A stretch of 20,071 nt of DNA. Origin: Octopus sinensis (Eukaryota). The stretch is from assembly GCF_006345805.1 (NCBI RefSeq), contig NW_021824068.1, forward strand, positions 1 through 20,071. Reading direction: 5' to 3'. Within the stretch, counting starts at the first letter, position 1. Each line of letters opens with the position of its first letter. Both the position numbers and the translations under genes were made by a program. The notes below the pieces were generated by a model that was not told the DNA's origin, made no database searches, and saw nothing but the letters and a program-made list of their open reading frames with translations. Shown in pieces: positions 1 to 8,550 of the stretch.

Positions 1-120
1 GATGCATATATGTGTCTTTGTCTATAAGACTCTACGTTTTCAGAGGAAGATGAGTAACTTCTTGTATCTTTAACAATCTTGTATCTGCTAAAATTTCCGT
101 CTTCCGATATTCTTCTCCAG

Positions 121-230
121 GAATGGTACGACCTACGGCTGACATGGAATCCTGAGGACTTTGGTGGAGAGACCATGCTCCATATTCCATCCGAAGACCT
201 TTGGAGACCCGACATCGTTATCTACAACAA
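121..230 (+). CDS. nAChR alpha subunit internal exon (110 nt, loop A)
   Basis: Acceptor ttcttctccag|GAA at 120/121. Translates [37 protein letters not shown](AA). Donor |gtgaac at 231 is phase 2. Missed by the ORF track. Confidence 0.93.
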
Positions 231-2840
231 GTGAACTCATTTCCTTTCTTATCTCCCTCATATTTTCTGCTTTTTTTTCTTCTTTATTCTCTAATTAGCA
301 TTTCCTCACCCTCTTTTACTCGTTTACTTGTTTTAGTCATTTGATTTTGGCCATGCTGCAGCACCGCCTTTAGTCGAGCAAATCGACCCCAGGACTTATT
401 CTTTGTAAGCCTAGTACTTATTCTATCGGTCTCTTTTGCCGAACCGCTAAGTTACAGGGGCGTAAACAAACCAGCATCGGTTGTCAAGCGATGTTGGGGG
501 GGGGGGACAAACACAGACACACAAACGTATACACACACATACATATATATATACGACAGGCTTCTTTCAGTTTCCGTCTCTCAAATCAACTCACAAGGCT
601 TTGGTCGGCCCTAGGCTACATTAGCTGGCACTTGTCCAAGGTGCCACGTAGTGGGACTGAACCCGGAACCATGTGGTTAGGAAGCAAGCTTCTTACCACA
701 CAGCCACGCCTGTATATGTTATGTTGTTTTCGGTAAATGGGGAAAATGTTTGGCGGTATTTCATCTGCGTTTACGTTCTGAGTTCAAGTATCGCCGAGGT
801 CGACTTTGCCTTTCACGGGGACGATACACGAAATACCAGTTGACCACTGGGGTCGATGTAATCACTCACCCTACTCCCCCAAACTTGCTGACCTAGTGCT
901 AAAATTTGAAACTAGTCATCATAAATTTTAACGTGAATATATAATCGAAGTCGAGAATCTGTTGTCTCTAAACAATTGTTTCTCGTCGAGTTTCACCTTC
1001 ATCGTCATCGTCATTATCCAGTCGGGTTTGTCGATAGTTGAATGATTCATCGTCGTGCGCCACGACTACAGATGATAGTAGTCAACGATAGCAAACTGTC
1101 AACGGTCTTGTTGAGTCTGACCGGAAATAGTTTATTGACTGCGTAGCATCTGGTGATATTCGCCATTGACGCTATAAGTTCATCTGCCAAAATAGGGTCA
1201 TATCCACCATGTTGCGTCCCTTGATTGCAGCCTTATAATAAACTAGCAGTATCGCCCGGCGTTGCTCGGGTTTGTAAGGGAAATGACTATAAAGCATTTT
1301 TAGAGAGTTATAGCCAAAAATCAGCAAAAAATGCATTAAAAATGGAAAAAAAATTATGGTAATTTTTTTTTTAATCGTTGACTCATCGTAGACATTTTTA
1401 GAGAGTTACTTCCCTTATATATAGCGAAAAAATGCATTAAAATGGGAAAAATGATGGTAATTATTTTTTTAAATCTAGACTCACCGTAGACGCGCGGGCT
1501 AATCCAGAAGGGCTCGATATGAATCACGACTATAAGATACCCGGGTTTGGTTAAACTGCACCGCAAAATGTGGGAGTAGTTAGGAATCTAAATCGTAGGA
1601 GACAGACACACAACCTTACTTTTATATATAAAGATATACATAATTATTTCTATTTAAAAAAAACTGTGTTAGATTGGTGATGTTTGCACTTGTTAGAAGT
1701 TCCTGGAATAATATTTCACTAAAATTTCTTGCGATGATATGTGTGTACAGAGTGTCCCAAAAGTCACTGACAGGTTTCAATTTTTAATAGCTTCCTTAAC
1801 TTTATAAATAAATGCATGAAATTTTGATACAGTATAAAGGACACAATGCCGTAGCGGGAGATTATTCTGTCTCCAAAGCACTGCTATAGCAACTGCATTG
1901 TTTCTCTTGCGGTATAAGCAGTTGTCCCATCTTGCTGGAACCATGTGTGAGGCCTTCACGTTCCTGGACTTGACTAGTCCGGATTTTTTCTTGTGGGGAT
2001 ACCTGAAAGAGAGGTTTTACGTCAAAAAACCGGAGACCCTGCTGCAACTGAAGGAGAATATCAACAGATAAATCAGAGAAGTAGGGTGTGAAACTCTTGA
2101 AGGTGTTATGGTGTAAGTTCTGGAAACAGCACGGGCGTGCGAAGCCGAAAACGACAGCCATTTAAGCGATGTCATTTTTCATGTGTGATGTAGTGGTGTT
2201 GCAAACTTTGACTTGTGCATATTGATTTCCATTATGTCCTTTATATTTTATCAAAATTTCATTCATTTATTTGGAAAGTTAAAGAAGCTATTAAACATTG
2301 AAACCCATCAGTGACTCCTTACATATTCAACAGCAAAAGTATTTTCTGTAAGCCTCGCAGTGCAGTCTTTTACAGGAATGTCATTCTATATTGCTTCACA
2401 ACAAATATCATTAACGATCCCTTTTATTCGATAAACACCATTATTTCAAAGGAATAAGGAAAAATAGTGCTTCGGCTACAGACATTTTGTCGCAGAAATA
2501 CTAAATTAATAATAATAAAAATAGTAATAATAATAACATTTGTAAAAAAAATCTTTAACACTCATCTATATCTAATATTTACCCCTCAAGTAATTATATA
2601 AATGTCGTAAATTTTCCTTAAATAATGATTTAATACGCAATAGATTTTATAGTTACTAAAGTTTTTTTCTTAGATTATATCAGTTAATCTGATAACAATT
2701 TTAAGAGGATATGACATTCTTTTAGAAATCCTGAACAACCTTGAGACACAAGTTTATAAAAATACATGTTTATATATGTATGCATTAGTGTGCATTTGTG
2801 CATATGTATATATGTATGTGTATGTGTGTACATACATATA

Positions 2841-2872
<32 letters not shown>

Positions 2873-5800
2873 GCAATACATATTCATATATTTATTATTT
2901 AATGGGAAAATTCAACAAAGCATTACTTAAATTTTCTCACCGACTTTGAATACATCCCGTAATTTTTTTTTATGTGATTCAGAAATATAGATATAAAATC
3001 AATATATTCATATATATTTCCTTTCTTCTTTTCTTTCTCTTCTTGTTTCCAGCGCCGACGGGGATTTCGTAATCACAATGTTAACAAAAGCCCTTGTGTC
3101 GTACGACGGTAAAATAGTTTGGGAACCGCCTGCTATCTACAAAACCTATTGCCCTATAGACGTAGAATATTTTCCGTTCGATACCCAGTTATGCTTCATG
3201 AAATTCAGCTCCTGGACTTACGATGGTAACGAAGTTGACTTGGTCGACTTTTGCCACGGCACCGGTCAAACGCAAGTTGATGGCAAGGTTGTGATCCTGA
3301 ATGGTATCGATATGAAAGGCTATTCTCAGAACTCTGAATGGGAAATTCTAAACGTAACATCAACTCGAGAGATCAAAACGTATCCATGCTGTCCAACACC
3401 TTACCCAATCATATTATACAACATAACAATGAGACGCATACCTCAGTTTTACACTTTGAACTTAATCATACCCTGTGTGTCAATTTCGTTCTTGACTATT
3501 CTTGTATTCTATTTACCGTCCGTGAGTGGTGAGAAAATCACTCTGTCCATATCAGTTCTCTTGGCACTGACTGTGTTCTTCTTGCTGCTTTCTGAAATCA
3601 TTCCGCCCACTTCTCTTGTGATTCCTTTAATCGGTAAATACCTCATGTTCACTATGCTAATGGTGACGGCATCGCTATTTCTGACTGTCAACGTATTAAA
3701 CATCAATTACCGAACAACCACAACTCATACAATGTCCCAATGGGTGAGGTATTACTTTTTGGAAAGACTACCCACTTTCCTTATGATGAAACGACCCCGT
3801 TTCGAAGATGAGCCGCCGATTCTGCCACCGTCCAAGATGCAAAGTTTAAGTACCTTCGACGGAGAAGAACCCGTAGAAACTCGAAGCATCACACTCAACT
3901 GCAGAGGAGAGGTGCCGACATACGAGAACATGTGTCCGCACCAGTCTATTGATGAGCCTGACCCTGGGAAGTTGGAGAAAATGCAAAGCCTTGATGACTG
4001 GACAAGCAAACTGGTGGAAGAGATGATCAGTAATGTGGAATATATTGCCAGCACCAAGAAAGATGTCGAAGAAGGCAGTGCTGTAAGTATAAACGTTTCT
4101 CTTTTGCCGTAGACTAAGGTGGGGAGCTGGCAGAATCCTTAGCACAAATAATTATAACAAATTATCATTTGTTTATAGTGATCAAATATATATGTTATAC
4201 ATTGGTTCGCTCCATCCATCAAATCGACATTCCTTGAATAGGTGCACGCCGGGTGTTGAAGTGAACGTAGGGTCACGTGAGAAGTGTTTTACTGAAGAAC
4301 ACAATGTACTGCTCAGTGTATACTCTTACTCTCTTTTACTCTTTTACTTGTTTCAGTCATTTGACTGCGGCCATGCTGGAGCACCGCCTTTAGTCGAGCA
4401 AATCGACCACGAGACTTATTCTTTGTAAGCCCAGTACTTATCCTCTCGGTCTCTTTTGCCGAACCGCTAAGTGACGGGGACGTAAACACACCAGCATCGG
4501 TTGTCAAGCAATGCTCGGGGGACAAACACAGACACACAAACACATACACACACACACACACATATATACATACATATATACGACGGGCTTCTTTCAGTTT
4601 CCGTCTACCAAATCCACTCACAAGGCATTGGTCGGCCCGGGGATATAGCAGAAGACACTTGCCCAAGATGCCACGCAGTGGGACTGAACCCGGACCATGT
4701 GGTTGGTTAGCAAGCTACTTACCACACAGCCACTCCTGTATATATATATATATATGTGTGTGTATGTGTTTTTGTGTCTGTGTTTCTCCCCACCCCCACC
4801 CCAACGTCACTTGACAACCGATGGTGGTGTGTTTATGTCCCCGTAACTTAGAGGTTAATATATATATATATATTATATATATGAAGGGCTTCTTTCAGTT
4901 TCCGTCTACCAAATCCACTCACAAGGATTTGGTCCGCCCGAGGCTATAGTGGAAGACACTTGCCCAAGGTGCCACACAGTGAGACTGAACCCGGAATTGT
5001 GGTCGAGAAACAAACTTCTTACCACACTGCCACTCCTGCATCTATGTTAGCATATAATAAATAAATTTAAATAAATTTAAAATGGTTCAATTTGTTTTCA
5101 TCCTCTTACAATATATTGGAAGCACTCCGTCGGTTACGACGACGAGGGTTCCGGTTGATCCGAATCAACGGAACAGCCTGCTCGTGAAATTAACGTGTAA
5201 GTGGCTGAGCACTCCACAGACACGTGTACCCTTAACGTAGTTCTCGGGGATATTCAGCGTGACACAGAGAGTGACAAGGCCGGCCCTTTGAAATACAGGT
5301 ACACAGAAACAGGAAGTAAGAGTGAGAAGAAGTTGTGGGAAAGAGTACAGCAGGGATCACCACCATCCCTGCCGGAGACTCGTGGAGCTTTTAGGTGTTT
5401 TCGCTCAATAACACTCACAACGCCGGTCTGGGAATCGAAACCGCGATCCTATGACCGCGAGTCAGCTGCCCTAACCACTGGGCCATTGCGCCTCCACCTT
5501 ACAATATAAAGTGTTTGCTGAGAAGATAAACTGTACATTGAAGTGCCTGGAGGCGCAATGGCCCAGTGGTTAGAGTCTCCGGCAGGGATGGTGGTGATCC
5601 CTGCTGTACTCTTTCACCACAACTTTCTCTCACTCTTACTTCCTGTTTCTGTCGTACCTGTATTTCAAAGGGCCGGCCTTGTCACTCTCTGTGTCACGCT
5701 GAATATCCCCGAGAACTACGTTAAGGGTACACGTGTCTGTGGAGTGCTCAGCCACTTACACGTTAATTTCACGAGCAGGCTGTTCCGTTGATTCGGATCA

Positions 5801-6149
5801 ACCGGAACCCTCGTCGTCGTAACCGACGGAGTGCTTCCACATTGAAGTGCAAAAATGGCTGAAATATCACAGAAGACTGCATACGCAGATCATCATATTA
5901 CCGCCATTTCTGATCCCTGTTCATATTAATTTTTTTTTATTAATATTTGTCCTTGTTCTTTTCTTCTATTTGCAGGCAGTACGTGATTGGGCCTACATCT
6001 CAACGTTGATAGATCGATTATTCCTTTGGATCTTTAGTGTGATTTGTACGATCGGAACCGTTGTCATTTACCTGAATGCACCCTCACACTTTGACAGTAG
6101 GCCTAGTTTAGGGGCAGGAGATTTCGTCAATCTTTCCTGCACTTTTTGA
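121..6149 (+). CDS. Nicotinic acetylcholine receptor alpha-type subunit (Cys-loop pentameric ligand-gated cation channel), 5'-partial, join(121..230,3053..4082,5976..6149)
   Basis: The three exons splice in frame with AG/GT boundaries (110+1030+174 nt = 437 aa + TGA). Motifs: loop [14 protein letters not shown], Cys-loop C-x13-C ([15 protein letters not shown]), loop [10 protein letters not shown], loop C YPCCPTPY (vicinal Cys, so alpha subunit), M1-M3, GEK-containing M2, M4 DRLFLWIF. From memory it is closest in style to the protostome Dalpha1-4-like group (loop-F insertion before GID). The exact orthologue cannot be assigned without a phylogeny. Confidence 0.95.
311..712 (-). mobile_element. 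tRNA-derived SINE, family A, near full length
   Basis: Minus strand: A-box-like TGGCTGTGTGG, B-box-like GGTTCAGTCCC, central (TA/TG)n, 3' (AAAGAGT)-like tail. About 85-90% similar by eye to the copy at 4322-4739. Confidence 0.85.
738..912 (+). mobile_element. tRNA-derived SINE, family B, 5'-truncated
   Basis: Contains GTTCTGAGTTCAA..CGCCGAGGTCGACTTTGCCTTTCA..CTGGGGTCGATGTAATC, which is shared with the copies at 7715-8548 and 11964-13535. Confidence 0.8.
1241..1635 (+). mobile_element. Non-autonomous Helitron/Helentron-like element (HINE/Lep1-type termini) with internal 2 x 98-bp tandem duplication
   Basis: 5' ACTAGCAGTATCGCCCGGCGTTGCTCGGG (CCCG/CGGG hairpin), 3' CAGACAGACAC..TTTTATATATAAAGAT. 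Tandem units at 1295-1392 and 1393-1490. The class assignment rests on remembered resemblance of the termini. Confidence 0.5.
1748..2316 (+). mobile_element. Tc1/mariner deletion derivative with long TIRs and a transposase C-terminal relic
   Basis: TA|CAGAGTGTCCCAAAAGTCACTG.. left end. About 70-bp imperfect inverted repeats at ~1762-1830 and ~2248-2316 (the outermost part of the right TIR is missing). 1967-2188 translates [43 protein letters not shown], the decayed WPPRSPDLTPxDFFLWG motif, with stops. Confidence 0.85.
2810..2892. repeat. (TA)n/(TATG)n microsatellite
   Basis: Direct inspection. Confidence 0.9.
3053..4082 (+). CDS. nAChR alpha subunit large exon (1030 nt; loops E/B/F/C, Cys-loop, M1-M3, intracellular loop)
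   Basis: A long polypyrimidine tract and tttccag|C GCC GAC GGG complete N-A-D-G in frame with the upstream exon. Matches ORF 3078..4112. Consensus donor GCT|gtaagt at 4082/4083 (phase 0). Confidence 0.96.
4116..4145 (+). mobile_element. 5' stub of family B SINE
   Basis: GGTGGGGAGCTGGCAGAATCCTTAGCAC matches the family B 5' end (GGTGAGCTGGCAGAATCGTTAGCAC at ~7719). Confidence 0.6.
4322..4739 (-). mobile_element. tRNA-derived SINE, family A, full length
   Basis: Same architecture as 311-712. 5' end CAGGAGTGGCTGTGTGGTAAG on the minus strand, with a tandem AAAGAGT-type tail. Confidence 0.88.
4745..5040. mobile_element. Rearranged family A SINE: middle segment in + orientation (4745-4856) joined through (TA)n to the 5' half in - orientation (~4882-5040)
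   Basis: 4750-4856 is the reverse complement of ~4462-4570. 4882-5040 is colinear with ~4582-4739. Confidence 0.75.
5117..5496 (-). mobile_element. tRNA-derived SINE, family C, full length with 11-bp TSD
   Basis: Minus strand: TGGAGGCGCAATGGCCCAGTGGTTAG (A box) ... GGTTTCGATTCCC (B box). TSD CTTACAATATA at 5105-5115 and 5498-5508. Confidence 0.92.
5548..5839 (+). mobile_element. tRNA-derived SINE, family C, with a 90-nt internal deletion (B box lost) and 12-bp TSD
   Basis: Reverse complement of the 5117-5496 copy apart from the missing 90 nt and a few differences. TSD ACATTGAAGTGC at 5535-5546 and 5839-5850. Confidence 0.92.
5976..6149 (+). CDS. nAChR alpha subunit last coding exon (MA helix end, M4, extracellular C-tail)
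   Basis: Acceptor ttcttctatttgcag|GCA (phase 0). Translates [57 protein letters not shown], matching the nAChR 'EDWKYVAMVIDRxFLW' M4 motif. Confidence 0.93.
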   Translation, partial: AVRDWAYISTLIDRLFLWIFSVICTIGTVVIYLNAPSHFDSRPSLGAGDFVNLSCTF

Positions 6150-6214
6150 ACATGTTACTCTACTGTACCCCTAATACATGTTAGTCTTGTTTTTGTTCTT
6201 ATTGGTGGTGGTAG

Positions 6215-6266
6215 TAAATATACACACATATGTATATATATATATATATATATTATATATGTATGT

Positions 6267-6341
<75 letters not shown>

Positions 6342-6696
6342 TATATATATATATATATAATAATATATATATATAATATATAATATATATATATATAATA
6401 TATATATATGTACTTGTAATTTAATATATACATAAATATATGCATCCACATATATTCATTATATATGAACACATATACATATGTTACACACACACACACA
6501 CAAATTATCTATCTATATATATAATATATATATATATTATATAAACATGTATATACATATATATATGTATATAAAAATATATATATATATGTATAAATAT
6601 ATATATATGTTTGTAGGTATATACACACATATATATGTGTGTATGTATATACGTATATATATATATATATATATATATTATACTCATATATATATA

Positions 6697-6777
<81 letters not shown>

Positions 6778-6860
6778 TATATATATATGTATACATATTG
6801 TATGTATATATATAGATATATACTATATATATATATATATGTCTGTAGGCAGATAGATAT
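6215..6860. repeat. Large compound (TA)n/(CA)n microsatellite immediately downstream of the nAChR stop codon
   Basis: Direct inspection. It produces the spurious YI-repeat ORFs. Confidence 0.95.
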
Positions 6861-6874
6861 TTAGATAGGTATAA

Positions 6875-6880
6875 AATAAA
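6875..6880 (+). terminator. Candidate polyadenylation signal AATAAA for the nAChR gene
   Basis: First canonical AATAAA I could find after the stop at 6149. The hexamer is common in AT-rich DNA, so support is weak. Confidence 0.25.
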
Positions 6881-7263
6881 CTGATAGATAATACCAATCC
6901 CTCAGACGCTGAAATATACTGGAGACAAAACTTGCACCGGTTTCGGTCAAGCAACCTCCACATACAGAATATAAAAGAAATTTGAAGAATTCTACTATTT
7001 TTAGGAAAAGTATCGAACATATAGTCCCCATTTTCTTTCTTTCTTTTTTTTTGTCCAATTTTACTTTTTTATGTATCCGAAAACTAATTACCGATGAGAT
7101 AATTAACAATAAGTTGAATTAATTAACTGAGTAGCTATGCACCCAGAAAATGTCTAGCCTTATGTCTAAATTTTAAAAATCAAGTTGCGTAATCGATAGA
7201 TCAATATGGGATACTTGATGAAAATCAGGATATATTTTTCGTTCCTTTTTTTTTTTTTCTTTG

Positions 7264-7405
7264 GTCTGAATTTAAATTCCGCCCAGCCTGACTTTTCTTC
7301 TTTTAAAAATTTTCACGAAACAAAAAAATCAGTTCTTTACTGAAATCGATAAAATCAAATATCCTCCATTTTCTCTTATACGTGGCCGTGTGCCTCTTAA
7401 TATTA

Positions 7406-7441
<36 letters not shown>

Positions 7442-7657
7442 GAGGATGATGGATGGATAGAAAAACATGGTAAATCTTCAGGTTAAACACCATTTTCTCT
7501 AAAATATCGTTCAAGTCACACCGAGGCTAAGATTTGCTTTCAAACCTTCCAGGGTCGATAAAATCAATCAACTAAATCAGTCAATCAAGTACTCAAATCG
7601 ATATAATCGAATAAGGCACTTTCCCTTAAATGTTTGGCCTCACGCCTATATCAGCTT

Positions 7658-7716
<59 letters not shown>

Positions 7717-7925
7717 ACGGTGAGCTGGCAGAATCGTTAGCACGCCGGGCGAAATGCTTAGCGGTATTTCGTCCGTCTTTACGTTCTGAGTTCAAATTCC
7801 GCCGAGGTCGACTTTGCCTTCCATCTTTACGGGGTCAATAAAATTATGTTAAGCACTGAGGGCGATGTAATCGACTAGCCCCCTTCCCTTAAAATTTCAG
7901 GTCTTAAGCCTATAGTAAAATGGAC

Positions 7926-7962
<37 letters not shown>

Positions 7963-8196
7963 GCGGTAAGCTGACAGAATCGTTAGCACGCCGGGCTAAA
8001 TGCTTACCGGTATTTTGTCTGCCACTACGTTCTGAGTTCAAATTCCGCCGAGGTCGACTTTGCCTTTCATCCTTTCGGGGACGATAAATTAAGGACCAGT
8101 TGCGTACTGGGGTCGATATGATCGACTATACCTCCCCACAAAATCCAGGTCTTGTGCCTATATTAGAAATTATTATTATTATTATCATTATTATTA

Positions 8197-8261
<65 letters not shown>

Positions 8262-8274
8262 TATTATTATTATT

Positions 8275-8318
<44 letters not shown>

Positions 8319-8548
8319 TATTATTATTATTATGTATGCTGCAAGCTGACCGAGTCGCTTAGCACGTCGGACAAAATGAATGCTTCGAGGCATTTCTTAA
8401 GAAACTTTGAATTCAGAATCTGTGGGGACCGACCTCACCATTTATACTTTCGGGGTCGATAAAATAAAGTTCCACTCAAGTGCTGGAGCATGTGATCGAG
8501 TAATTCTTTACCCTCACAAACTGCTGGCTTCGTGCCAAAATTTCAAAA
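7264..8548 (+). mobile_element. Head-to-tail array of five family B SINE copies separated by (ATT)n/(CAT)n tracts
   Basis: Copies at ~7264-7400 (very decayed), ~7442-7658 (decayed), ~7715-7925, ~7960-8169 and ~8338-8548. Spacers (ATT)n at 7407-7441, 7659-7712 and 7927-7959, and (ATT/CAT)n at 8170-8332. Confidence 0.8.
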
Positions 8549-8550
8549 AA

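Noticed and set aside
44-53. Possible micro-exon (ttttcag|AGGAAGATGA|gtaact) upstream of the 110-nt exon
   Set aside because: It is 10 nt (frameshifting), has a weak donor, and does not resemble the expected preceding nAChR exon (NQIMTTNVWL-type).
940-1230. GC-richer unique stretch with an ~60-codon open minus frame
   Set aside because: No start or splice support and no recognisable motif.
3338-4145. Alternative-frame and antisense ORFs overlapping the large nAChR exon
   Set aside because: They are shadows of the real coding frame with no recognisable domain.
5420-5496. tRNA-like sequences with A/B boxes (also at ~650-712, ~4680-4739 and ~7715-7800)
   Set aside because: They are SINE heads fused to repeat bodies with TSDs or tails, and there is no complete cloverleaf with a proper acceptor stem.
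6171-6864. ORFs rich in YI/IY, CVY, NNN, III or HHH repeats (also 2684-2887, 8100-8462, 10573-10904, 11245-11451, 11668-12060, 13699-14898, 15185-15485, 16615-16818, 19319-19692)
   Set aside because: They are translations of microsatellites.
7264-8548. CRISPR-like repeat/spacer periodicity
   Set aside because: Eukaryotic context, the units are ~200-bp tRNA-derived SINEs, the spacers are microsatellites, and there are no cas genes.
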